64,000 nucleotides of DNA from Rhynchobatus australiae (Eukaryota). The translations under genes and the position numbers were made by a program. The notes under the pieces were generated by a model, which did no database searches, was not told where the DNA came from, and saw nothing but the letters and a program-made list of their open reading frames with translations. How positions within the stretch are numbered: position 1 is the stretch's first letter; every line of letters starts with the position of its first letter. Below are positions 14,001 to 25,629 of the stretch, in pieces. The stretch is taken from positions 77,708,557 through 77,772,556 of the forward strand of contig JAUZTB010000118.1 of assembly GCA_034780895.1 (NCBI GenBank), given 5' to 3'.

Positions 14001-14789
14001 TTCAACAGGAGAGCTCATCATTGACAGCCAGAAACAGCCTTGTCTGAAAGAGCTGTGCGCTGCAGAAGCATGATGCACATGGATGCATAAATAGTTCAGT
14101 TGAAGGGAATGTCTCTCTTTGAGATCCTAAGTATCTTCGTATTCAGTAACAGGTGGGGTTTGATTCTGCATACCATCCTAAAGCATCTGTTTTGACTTTG
14201 CTGTAAAGTTGTTGTGCCATATTTCAGATAAAAAAATCAACAGAGGTATTCTAGAAATCAGTGGGCATCAATGTTCTTCTCACTTCTCTCTTCCCAGCAA
14301 CCTTTGTCTTCTGCATTAGAAGCTTAGAAATTTTTCCATAACCTTTGCTGTTGTAAATGTTTTACAGGATGTGTGTGCACGATGGGACAGGTTTTGACAC
14401 ATTCTTTCTCAGCTCCTCACCCTGCTGTCAGATGAGGTGATGCTGGATAGCTAACTTACTGGAGCCAAAATCACAACCATGAACGACTTAGGAGTTTAAA
14501 ATTACCACTTTACAACTACAGATACCAGATTGCCTGAGTAGGGCTTTTTGAGGATTATATGAAATCTTCAAAACCACTTGTTTAAAAAAGTGCACTGTAT
14601 TTGTATCATTATTTCTGCTAGTCTCTTGTTCTTTGAAGGAATGTAACTATTTGATGATGTTTAAATTTGTTGAAGTTTATATATTTAAGGCAGTGTCATT
14701 AGACAAGGTTGTTGCATTATTAGTGAAACTGGCTTTATGATATTCAATTCTGCCCATTTTGAGTGAATGAGAATAAATCATAATAGTAT

Positions 14790-15000
14790 CTGAATGTAGG
14801 GATATCCAGGTCTCCTGGCCAACTTTCTTTACTCAAACAACAGAACCATATGCATCTTATCTGATTATCCACATTTTTTTGTTTCTGTTGTCTTGCTGTG
14901 TGCAAAGCAACATTTGGCTACACAGCAATAATGATCGTACTTGAGAAGTAGTCCATTGCAATGTGTTTTGTGATGAGGTACTCTACACAGTTCTTTCTCT
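14790..15000 (+). mobile_element. DeuSINE (SacSINE1-like) 3' half
   Basis: tctcctggccaac...ttatctgattatccacatt...tcttgctgtgtgcaaa...agaagtagtccattg matches the Deu domain. Confidence 0.6.
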
Positions 15001-15399
15001 CTCACTGGCATTTATATTAACCCCCAGAATTCAAGGAAAATGGACATAAATGTTTTAGGACCTCCGCATTCCTGACCTTGCTGGGTTTCTCAGCTGCTTC
15101 TGGCTTTCCCCATACCCTCTCTTTCTCATCCCAATTATTGATTTTAAATTGCTGGGATATAAATCGAAGTGGCAAGGTGATCATTGGTTAAAAAAATAGC
15201 CCACTTTTGAAGAGGTTTTGTGGATATTTTACAAATGTTTACTTAATTAAGGGCAGTATGTCCTTGCTCAGTAATGCATTTGCATTGGGGTTGGTTTGGA
15301 ACAAGTTCATAGCGAGAGTGAATGTTTGCTGCTTTATTCAAGTTACATTTGCACACACACCATAATGCTTCTTACCTAATGCTGCCAAATTGTGATCAT

Positions 15400-15592
15400 C
15401 ATACCCTTATGAACGTTTATGACCTGATAATCTGTCTCATTGCTGTTGAGGGATACATGTTGCACTGGGCATCCCAATGCTCTTCATTTCTTTTACATCC
15501 CCTTAAATAGGTAGATGAGGCCTTGGTTAATATTTCATTCAAAGGATGAAAGGCTAGAAGATATCTGAGAGTGCCAGCCTAGACTAAGTAGC
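15400..15592 (-). mobile_element. DeuSINE fragment
   Basis: tgctcttc...ttttacatcc...gaggccttggttaatatttcattcaaagga...gagtgccagcctaga is the reverse complement of the SacSINE1-like middle region. Confidence 0.5.
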
Positions 15593-15594
15593 AC

Positions 15595-15877
15595 CATAGA
15601 GAGATATAGGACATAAACAGGCCCCTTGGCCCTCCAAGTCCACACTGACCATTGACCAACCATTTACACAAATCATACACACATACTAAGGACAATTTAC
15701 TGTGGCCAATTCACTCACTAACTCACATGTCTCTGGGATATGGGAGGCAACTGGAGGAAACCCATGCAGTCACAGGTAGAAGGTGCATACTCCACGCTGA
15801 CAGAACTGAGGTCAAGATTGAACTCAGGTCTCTGGCACTGTGGGAAAGTGGTTCTACTAGCTGTGCCACTATGCTGA
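15595..15877 (-). mobile_element. HE1-type V-SINE
   Basis: Minus strand shows a tRNA-like head (gtggcacagctagtaga...gagttcaatc), a V-domain (gtggagtatgcaccttctacctgtgactgcatgggtttcctcc...cctcccatatccca) and a CR1/HER1-like tail (gggccaaggggcctgttt). Confidence 0.85.
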
Positions 15878-16234
15878 CAAGTGAAGGAAAGTGATTTAAA
15901 ATCACAACTTTCTGATTTAGAAACAATTCACTTGCCACTCAGCCATGACTGACACGTAAATTAATGCTTATTCCATGTGCAAAGAGACTGTGATCTGGAA
16001 CACGACTATTGGAATGTGGCTTGCAAAGTGGAAAAATTTTAATGTGGCACCAAATTAACTCCAGACTACATTCACTATTGTGCAATACTGATAGCAAACC
16101 ACAGATCTTGTAGAATGCAACATACATTGCCAGAAAATCTCCCAAATCCCAGAAAGAAACTTGAAGTAATAACGGAGAATCATTTGGGAACAGGAAGTAG
16201 GGAAAGTGGTAAGGAATCCATTAGTCCTCCCAGG

Positions 16235-16460
16235 TGGCACTATTCACAGAAGAGTCAGGAGGTTCTTCCAGTGTCCTGGCCAATACTTTACTCTCAAATA
16301 TCATCACTGAAACAGATTATTGGGTCATTATCTCATTTATGTGTGTTGGAGCTTGTTTAGTGAAACTTGGCTGATGTGTTCTTGACCTTACAACTGTAAA
16401 TGCATTTCAGCAGCACTAGGGAAAGTGCTTGGGATGTTCTAAGATGCATCATAAATATAC
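16235..16460 (+). mobile_element. DeuSINE (SacSINE1-like) Deu domain and tail
   Basis: tggcactattcacagaagag...gtgtcctggccaatactttactctcaa...acagattattgggtcattatctcatt...ggagcttg. Confidence 0.75.
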
Positions 16461-17994
16461 CCTTTGTGAAATATAGCCAAATTCTTCAGACAGTACCTAT
16501 CCTTACCTCTTTATTTCTTTCATTTGGATGATTTTCTCCTCATTCCATTGATGTTTCAGTTGTTTTTACTTTGCTGTCAGGATGTCATTACTTGTATTAG
16601 CTGGATAAGATGGGAAAGTGATTGATCTTAAAGTGAGAGGAAGAAGAATTTTACATAATACCTCCAGGGAAGCTGGAGAGAAAAACAAGCCAATACAGAG
16701 CACCATCATTTCCCTTTATCTCTTTTGGGCCCATTTCTGCTTTCCTCTTGTGAATACTCCTTTAGTTTTCGTGTCTGACGTGTCAATCCCTTGGGAGCTC
16801 TGTAAAACTGAAGAAGAGATCCTTCTTCAGGTAGCTGTTCATTTGTTTACTAGGTGCTGTGCTAGTGTAGCTGTAGTTCTAAGAAACACCAGGAATTTTG
16901 CTGCAGCTGTCATGAGATTTTTTTTATTCCCTGCATTCTTACAGCTGTAATGGTCCCAGCCCTCAAATTTTAAATGGAGTTGGTATGGGGGGGGGGTTGT
17001 GGTTAGAAACCATTATTAAAAAAAAGCGAACAAGGAAAAATTTGTGCACAATTTGTGGGATGTCACTCATGAAACTGGTGGTATCACATGACTTCCCAGA
17101 ATCCTCAAATAAGGAGCCGTAGTTGAAAACACAGTCCACTGCTTCACAGTTGTCACAAAGGGATCTCTCAATGCAGGGACCCCTTTGAGACCTCTGAGAA
17201 TTAATGGGATTTTAAAGTTAGTATCTGAACATTCATTGTGCTGTGAAAGCTCAAGGTTAGCTTCTGAAGCTGTTTAGTGTCCAATCCAGTGTACTGTTCT
17301 GAATGTGCATTGAAGCAATAGAATGAAGGGATTTGCTCCATACAGTTAAAAACTGGTTATTTAATAGATGCACAATTTCAATGAAGGCATTATGAATTAG
17401 TACAAAATTCATTTTCTTGTTTAAATCACTGAGTTTTCTTTTTGTATATTCTATGTGGCATATTTTCCTGGATACATGATTGTAGATGCAGACCCAACTT
17501 TGAACATACTTGTACTGCCTTGTTAGTCATGAGTATATTTGCATATCCCACACATAGTTCTTTTTGCAGTTTGCTATTAACCTTTAAGTTCTTGTGTTAA
17601 TGACGAGTCCTTAACACAACCCTCTACTGAATAAATACCTCCCTATAATCTTCTGTTCTAATTGCCTCCACCAGGAGATTCATTTAACAATCCTGTCATT
17701 TTCTCATTTCCCAGTCTATCCCACCTTGATGGGGCAGGTTTCTGAGACAGCTGATTGACTTCTACATTCTTACTCAAGTGGGGGTTAATTCATGAATGAG
17801 TCCTGCAAGTGTTTTCCTAAGTATTCATCATAGAAAGCATCGTATTTGATATTGCACCCAAATCTGTGCTCATCTTCCACGTGTGCATGTTTGAATCCCT
17901 TCAATTAGCTTGCATTACTGGCAGAAATAACACAAATTATATTTTGTATGACTGTGACAAAGGTGATTGATCTGTCCTCATGTTTCTCAGCTGA

Positions 17995-18140
17995 CTTGCA
18001 GTTTGGATGTGGTTGACTTTGAAAGGGAATTCAGGGAATTGAGGGCTATGGGGAACTGGCACAAAAGAGGAGATGAGGCCTGGGACAGATTATTTTGAAT
18101 AGAGGGGCAGGCTTTGGGCCAAATAGTCTACCCTGCTATT
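17995..18140 (+). mobile_element. CR1/HER1-like LINE 3' tail
   Basis: gggaattgagggctatggggaac...gaatagaggggcaggctttgggccaaatagtctaccc resembles the CR1 tails at 25294 and 42600. Confidence 0.6.
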
Positions 18141-18229
18141 TTTAGTAGGCCTGACTATATTATCCACCTGGAGGGACTGACTTAAATGGTTCTATTCTTC
18201 TTCCAGATATAGACAGAGAGGCACATGCA

Positions 18230-18500
18230 ATTGATCTTCTAAACATCCCCCAACCCCCTACTACCTCTGGTGGTGCACAAGGTCTGATCTTAGTCCTCAT
18301 CTATGTGCTACCCCGTCGCAACATCAACTGAAAACATAGCATTAGCTTCTGCAAGGTGTATACTGTGAGACCTCACCAACAACTCGCTTACCAACATTTT
18401 ATCTGAATAAGTTGCATGTCTGACATCTTCAGTTCAGCTAAAATTTCCTCCAGCTTAATATTGGGAAGGCCAAGGCCAATGTCTTCAATCTTCACCACAA
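18230..18500 (+). mobile_element. L2 LINE RT remnant
   Basis: Decayed GVPQGS..LIYMLP region (ggtggtgcacaaggtctgatcttag...ctcatctatgtgctaccc) and NFLQLNIGK (aatttcctccagcttaatattgggaag). Confidence 0.65.
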
Positions 18501-18519
18501 GTTTCATTCCCTCACCAGT

Positions 18520-18600
18520 GAGTTGTTTCTCTGCACAGCAGCTGCCTGACTTGCTGAGTTTTCACAGAATTCCATGTTCCTTTTTCATATTCAAGATTTG
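18520..18600 (+). mobile_element. PLE terminal-repeat 3' fragment
   Basis: tgtttctctgcacagcagctgcctgacttgctgagttttc matches the part downstream of the hammerhead in other copies. Confidence 0.55.
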
Positions 18601-19560
18601 TTCACTTATGAAAATACCTTAATAACTCATTGTTTCAATTATTGAATAGTTGCACCATATGGAAACTCTATCCATTTTTGCTTTGTATTTATTAGAAGCA
18701 GATACCAAGTTTTTCACATGCATTTCATATAAGGGGACAGAAATAAAATCTACATCCTTCATTTCCAGAATGTCCAACGCAACTAAGAACAAGAAAGGGA
18801 ATCTCACCTAGTTTAGATTTCAATTGTTTTTATATTAATAAAATAATTTCTCATTTTGACCATTTGCACTTTGCAGATGGCAGTCATGTTACCTCCATCT
18901 CTTGAACATCTCTTGACTTGAAAATTCTTATGAAGTAAACAGGTATGCACCTGGCCAAAGAGGTTTCTTCCTGATTTTACCGAGGTGTTCCTAATGAAGA
19001 ATGATCAAGTGACATAATTTCTGAAGATATTATAATGCAAGTGTGTTTTTTCTTGCCAATGTAGTAGAAATCTAGGCTGGTGTGGTGAAGAGCATATGAT
19101 TTAATATATTTAGAAGATATCTGATTTTTGGACTACATTCAATCCTCTTTAAGGAGCTTTCTGTCTTTGGGACCCTACCATACATAGATACATAGGATGG
19201 AGTTACTTCATTTGAACTCCAAACCTGAGTAAAATCATTCCATTCACAATTTATATCTTTCCAGAATGATGTTCATACAGCTACACAGTTACATGAAATA
19301 AAAACCGGATTATTAAAAGTAAAGTTTTGAACTAAGTAAGGTGGAAGTCAAAAGCCCTTTTTATTTATGCTGCAATAGAGTTTAGAAAGCAAATGCTTTG
19401 CACCTTACCTTCTGTTGGGTGGATCACTCTGTCAGCCATATCTTCAGTTTGTCTTCCACTAGAAAATATGCTATGAAGGAAATTCTGTTCCATTCCTCTA
19501 ACCGAGCCAAATTTAGTTTTATTTGCATCTAGTAAAGAGCTGCAAACTTTATGGCAGGTA

Positions 19561-19710
19561 TCTGGATGGAAAACAAAAAAGCAAAGAGCTGGAGGAACTC
19601 AGGGGGTCAGGCAGCATTTGTGGAAGCAGCAGGATAGTTGACCCGCTGAGTTCCTCCAGCAGTTTGTTTTTTGCTCCAGATTACGGCATCTGCAGTCTCT
19701 TATGTCTCCT
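19561..19710. mobile_element. Fold-back (inverted) pair of PLE terminal-repeat ends
   Basis: gctggaggaactcagggggtca (~19588-19609) pairs with tgacccgctgagttcctccagc (19639-19660). Pairing extends imperfectly to tctgga/tccaga. Confidence 0.85.
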
Positions 19711-19975
19711 GTCTGGGCAGAACCTTTACGTGGTTCAGCTGATTCATATTCCCATAAATCTGGATGAAATTATTTGATAAATACCATCAAGGTTAAAGTC
19801 TGTTTTGAATTGTGAGGAGATTCTTGATTTTGTTAGAATATAGTACATTGTTCTCTTGAGAATAGTGGCTAGCCATGTTGGAAATTCAATTCCTAACATA
19901 GAAACATTTTTCCATAGATATAGAATAGAATAGTGAGGCAAAAATAGCAATGGTGAACAAATATAAACCTCAGTA

Positions 19976-19977
<2 letters not shown>

Positions 19978-20006
<29 letters not shown>
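19978..20006. repeat. (TG)n microsatellite
   Basis: Direct reading. Confidence 0.98.
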
Positions 20007-20012
<6 letters not shown>

Positions 20013-20569
20013 GGGAAATGGAGTCTATAAAAATAATTAAAATGAATAGGAGATTGAGCTACATGTCTTATTCCAAAAAATTACCAGTGAACTCTGCTCT
20101 TTCCTTCCTCCATATCGTTTAGTGCAAAGTGTTCTAATACCATTTCCTTGAATATTTGTCTTGCAGATATTACATAAAATATTGCTGATTTTCTTTGTGG
20201 ATCTGAGCATTCATCAAAGTACCTCAGTGTTGCAATAACACACTGTATTTTGTGGGAAAAAATAGCTCTGGAACTTAATANNNNNNNNNNNNNNNNNNNN
20301 NNNNNNNNNNNNNNNNNNNNNNNNNNNNNNNNNNNNNNNNNNNNNNNNNNNNNNNNNNNNNNNNNNNNNNNNNNNNNNNNTTTCATAAAGAATTCAGAGA
20401 GGTCGATGGAGTTTCTACAATAAAGATATATGCTAATAGGAAGTAAAATAGTAGTTTGATATTGCTGAAGACCTAAAGAAAATTTTAAGGCTCAGTATTG
20501 GACAAGTTGTAGAAAGTGTTGCAATAGCTAGTGGTTGAGGGGAACGTGAAGAACTATGTACTGTTATAC

Positions 20570-20685
20570 ACTGGCGATCTTTCCTGTTCCCTCTCAGTCT
20601 TGATGCAGGGTTTCAACCCAAAACATCGACTTACACATTTTGATTCCACAGATGTTGACCTGTTGCGTTCTTCCAGCGTGCTGCT
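20570..20685 (+). mobile_element. PLE terminal repeat with minimal hammerhead remnant (20595-20631)
   Basis: cagtc-TTGATGC-a-gggt ttca accc-AAAA-ca-TC-gact: stems I and II intact, core mutated. Confidence 0.7.
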
Positions 20686-20801
20686 TTTGTTGAGGAGCTA
20701 GGTGTCTCATTTCTTGAAGAGGCTGACCTCCATGCTTTGTTGTGGCGGGAGAAATTATTTGATGCAGTGGTGCAGCTTCTTTGGAACATTAATGTATGGA
20801 T

Positions 20802-20815
20802 CCACAAGGGGGCGA
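20802..20815 (+). promoter_or_regulatory. Candidate CTCF core motif
   Basis: CCACAAGGGGGCGA versus consensus CCASYAGRKGGCRS. Motif match only. Confidence 0.3.
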
Positions 20816-22462
20816 TGTCAAAATGATGGACAGCAGGCGAGTATGGAGTCGTCACTGTCAAACAGCAGAGAAGTTGTGGACCTTGCCTGTGTACAATATA
20901 TTAATGAAAAATATGCTTCATTCTTCTCTGGAATAAAGACAAAGCTGGGATGACAGATAACTCTTCTTAAACCCTTTGAGCATTATGAGAATCTTTCAGT
21001 ATGCATCCATTAAAAATGATAAGTTTAACACTTTCAGCACAATAGCAGAATGTTATGCACAAAGCTGTAATCTTCCTTTTCTTATGACAGTCATTCAACT
21101 GTATGAGTGTCTAAGGCAGGAAGAGACTCAGATTTTGCATTAGGTGTAAAAGTACTTCTTAGACATGAGCACAGTTTGGTACTTAACAGGATTACACTGA
21201 TGAATTGTTTAGAAGTAGGATTCACATGGCAGTGTTAAGATGTCTATTATTTTTAACAAGTTAGAGCTGTGTCTGCTTTGCATGCTTTTCTCTTATTATA
21301 ATGACACACTTTGCAGTGACCCTGAACTCCCTGATATCACCATAGCTAATTGAAGGCCAGGATCCTGAGTGGTGAATGGAAAATTGCACAAAAAATGGTA
21401 ATATGATTCACTCTGCTTTGTCACAATTATGCACCCTTCATCAGTTCTGACACAGGCGTATTAGTACTTAAACCATTTAATCACAAATTTTTTGACCAAA
21501 AAAATTGCAGTGTTAATTTATCTTCATTTGTTTCTCTGCTCTGCCATGCAAATAATTAAGAAGATGAGGGAGACATTCTGCAAATCATTGTCCTTTCATT
21601 TACTCCTTGTTTTGATGAGAGAGACAAGTTTTCGTTACTGTGGTGAAACATGAACTTATACATTGATGCAAATAAATTTTGAGCTGCATCTTGTCAGTGC
21701 TTGATAAACAAGGTGAACAATTTACTGTGTATGATTTGAATAGAATGTGACTTGAATGAGGCTTTGGATTTTGTTGTGAGTTGCATTCAAATTCACAAAA
21801 ACACAACCAATTAGTTATTACTGCAAATCAATTTAAAAGGGAAGGATGTAAATCAAAATTTCTGTTTTGTAGTATGACCGATTTGAATACTGCTCAAATA
21901 CCAATCGTTACTACATCAGGAAAATAAAGCAATTTAAAGCCAAAATTATGGTGGGATGGATTCGGACACAAAATGGGTGAAAATTGCCCATTTCCCTCTG
22001 TAGGATGATGTGGTTTATGTGGAACCTTGTTTGGTATAAAGTTTCTTCAGCTCAGCTATTATTGTAGCTCATTGTCTCCAACAGGCGCACAACTCCAAAC
22101 ATCACAGATTATCCTGGCACTCTATTTACTAAGCCCTATTGAGTGTAGAATGGTATTTGTGTGTTCCGGCTGATTTCACCAGAAGGTGCTGGGTTTTATC
22201 ACTGAAGAAACCTGTGTAAGTACTAGCTGCAGTTTTGCTACAAAATAACACAGTAACTGTGAAACCTCTGGAAGCCTATAGGTCCTTTATAGCATTAGAG
22301 GGTTGCAACTCTGCAATACCTCATTTGTGCTGCCTATACCAGTAAGAATTTTCACTTTGACGGGAAGTTTTAAAATCCAAGGCTCACAGGTGGTAAATCC
22401 CGCATGTGTAGAATGTTTACAGTCAATAAATATAGGTATTTTCTTTACCATCTGTGGTATTG

Positions 22463-23000
22463 CATGTGGGTAGCTGAGACCAAATGCTCAGGTCAAACTG
22501 GATCAGCTGGAAGGGACAGGGAGAGGGATGAGGTTGGAGGAGGACTGGAACAAGGAGGGACAAAGGAAAAAGAGAAAAGGTTGAAAGAAGAATGGGTAAT
22601 GGGGACGGAAAGCTGGAATAACAGAGAAATGGACGACAGAAGGCTAGAATGGGCAGTGGATAGAATAGAGGGATGACGAGGATAAGGGGAATGGGAAGAG
22701 AGGACAGGAAGAAAGGAAGATGTAAAGGATGGGTCATGATTTACCTCAGCAGGAGAGGAGTTGTTGGGAATGTGGTCATCAGCCAGGAGTGGAGTAGAAA
22801 ATTACCTCACTTCTATCACAGATATTTCCTCTGTCTTATCCATCCCTTTCCCATGCTCTCTCCAACTTAATACTAACTTGTTTTCTCACTTTCTCAGTTC
22901 TGACAGAGGATCTTCAACTTGAAAAGTTAAATCTGCTTCTCTTTCTCAAGTACTGCCTGACCTGCTGATCATTTCAAATATTTTATGTTTTTACTTCAGA
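22463..23000 (+). mobile_element. ~0.5 kb non-autonomous PLE-related element, copy 1, with hammerhead remnant at ~22895-22935
   Basis: Collinear with 27062-27542. Purine-rich half, then pyrimidine-rich half, then cagttCTGACAGAgga...cttGAAA and the tgcctgacctgctga tail. Confidence 0.7.
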
Positions 23001-24229
23001 AAATTTACTCAACTGGTTTTGAAAAAGTACCTCAGGAAACAGGAACTCTTAATTCCTCAATGTATAAGGCGTCTCTAATTTTCTTATCATTGACAAGATC
23101 CTGTTTTATATAAAAGTCTTGTTCATCAAGATTTATTTATTTCTGATTAGTTGCCAAATTCTGCAGATTTGCTCTTGAGATAGGGACAGGATGTCCTCAC
23201 ATAGGACTAAATAACAGTGGAGAATGTGGCTACCTAGTGTGAGCCTGATGGGGCCTGGCACTGTGTTGTGGGGTTGGGTGGGCTGGGCTGTGTCAAGCCT
23301 GCTTGGCTCTGTATTTTATCCAAGTATTACTGCATGTCAATAGCATGTTTAAGATCATTATATCTTTGATCAGGTCAGGTGTACAAGCATTTGAGTATTT
23401 GGGCTCGGGTCAGGTTCAACTTAACTGTTTTTTGGTTGGATTTGGGTGGAATTTAATGTTATAATTAATCAAACTTCAATTGGGGCTCATTCCCACCTCA
23501 ATGTTCCAACCTCAAGCTTCCCATACTTATCCCAAGCAGTTGTCTCTACCTTCCTCACCCTGCACAAGCAGATGATGGGAAGGTGAAAGGATAGAATGAG
23601 GCAGAGTGTCCAATCTGCCTCAGTTACTGAAGCTTCTCAGGATCATCCAATGAAAGGCAGCAGTAATCCTGAAGTCAACCCTTACTAAGTCCTCCCTCCA
23701 TGTTGTCCTCTGCTTACTTATAAGGCCGAGGCGCTGCTTTTAATTGAGACTGTGTCTCCTGCTTAAATGCCTGACTGTCTCTTTATGCTGCTGTGAAGCC
23801 ATCTATAATTATTTAATAATTATGCCTGCAAAATGCAACTAAATAAATTTGCAATAATATCCAATTAAATGCAACTAAAAGAACATTTGTGTAATAGTGT
23901 GCGTCTTTAGTTTTAATGAAGGCTCCTAGTTCCCATTAATGTTTACCAGGACATTCTTGAATGTTGCAGCGTGACTTTAAACAACTATTTATTTCCTGAT
24001 GTGCTTCAAAAAACTACATTTGGTTTAAAGAGGTAATAATTGCAGTGCTTTTTTTTCTAACCAAAATACTCTCCATTTCGTAGTTATAATTGATAGTTTG
24101 TACTGGAAAAGATGGCACTCCTCCAGTCTACACACAATCCAGATGGGGAGAACTAACATTCATCAAAAGAGGTCAGACAACTTAAGCCAGACTGGGGGGT
24201 GGGGTGTCCCTACCTTCATAGTTGTGTGT

Positions 24230-24269
24230 ACATGTGTGCGTGCATGTGTGTGTGTCTGTGTGTGTGTGT
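24230..24269. repeat. Imperfect (TG)n microsatellite
   Basis: Direct reading. Confidence 0.85.
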
Positions 24270-25293
24270 TGGGAGGGCATATCATTTTGCACAGTTTAAA
24301 TGATCTTTACTATGGTTTCTGGAAGTTCTGCTTATTAGAAATTGAAGCAGCTAAAAGGATTAATGAGGTCTGATTTTCATGGAAATGGGAGCGGCAGACA
24401 CACAACATGATTAAGTTGAAGTATTTGGCCACTGCCTGCCCAAGTGCTAGATAAGTGCAGTAAGTGATTCGGAACAAGGCAGGAGAAACTTGTTTGCACA
24501 AAAATCTGTCAGGCTATGGAATTCACTTCCAGGGTTAGTGGGTGAAACAGAAAAGTCAAAATTAAGGTCAGTTTGGATCGCTAGATAAAGGAACTGGAGA
24601 AAGATATGAGAATGGATTTAAATAGGTCTGTTTTCTCATGTGAATGGTAAATGTAGACAAAACTGGACAGCAAATGTAGAAAAAAGGCCAGAGTCTGCAA
24701 TAAAGTGCCCAAGTACTTATGCTCAAAGTACATGTGTGCCTATAGAGGTCTTTTACAGTCATACTTGAGTTCCCGGTTTGTTTTTCACTGCCTGGTTGCA
24801 CACATCTTATAAGGCATCGTACTTGGAAATGGGAGGTTCTGATCCAAAAACAGTAGGCAAATAAGGTGCAAGCATGTCCTTGCCTGACATATTTATTTGT
24901 AAGCACATATCTATTGCTAGGGCTGGAACTCTGCAGACTGCTTGGGGAAAAAAGTGTCTGAACCTGTGATAAAGCAGGAACAGACCCAGCATCAAGGTTC
25001 TTTGTTATTAAAATCTGGAAACTTGCCCTTTTCATTGCTCGGAGATTCCTGGGGATAGTTTGTGAACCTTCTCATTGCTCTGTGAAGTAGGTGCAGACCA
25101 AGTGTTTCCCTGGACAAGGGGCATTTATCCTGAATTCAGTTTTTTTACAATTATGCATTTCTTTTGTTATTTTTGTTCTGAGTATAACAGTAANNNNNNN
25201 NNNNNNNNNNNNNNNNNNNNNNNNNNNNNNNNNNNNNNNNNNNNNNNNNNNNNNNNNNNNNNNNNNNNNNNNNNNNNNNNNNNNNNNNNNNNN

Positions 25294-25622
25294 GATCACA
25301 AGATAAGGGAGCAGAAGTAGGCCATTCAGCCCATCGAGCCTGCTCCATGGAAATGGAAATGAGAAGGGAGGAGTGGCGGGGGGGAAAGAGGAAAAAAAAT
25401 TAACCCCAATTTCCTGCCTTATCCCCATAACCCTTGATACCTTGACTAACTAGATATTTGTCTACCTCCTCTTTAAATGTTCCCAATGATCTGGCCTCCA
25501 CTGCTGTACATGGCAAGGAATTCCATAAACTTAATACCCTCTGGCTGAAAAAATTTCTCCTCTGTTCTAAACCTATACCCTCTAATTCTAAGATTGTGCC
25601 CTCTGGTCCTGGACTCGCCAGT
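25294..25622 (-). mobile_element. CR1/HER1-like LINE 3' end (relatively young)
   Basis: Minus-strand translation GESRTRGHNLRIRGYRFRTE / RRNFFSQRVLSLWNSLPCTAVEARSLGTFKEEVDKYL is the classic CR1 ORF2 C-terminus; tail gatgggctgaatggcctacttctgctcc. Confidence 0.92.
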
Positions 25623-25629
25623 ATATGGC

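Noticed and set aside
15800-15877. tRNA-like A/B boxes (also ~10660, 33370, 37340, 59840)
   Set aside because: These are SINE heads with no complete cloverleaf, so they are not tRNA genes.
16227-16242. CTCF-like cctcccaggtggcact (and caccagcagatggtct on the minus strand at ~38835-38850)
   Set aside because: The first overlaps the edge of a decayed DeuSINE, and both miss key core positions.
24568-25035. 155-aa minus-strand ORF
   Set aside because: No recognisable homology or coding-like composition.
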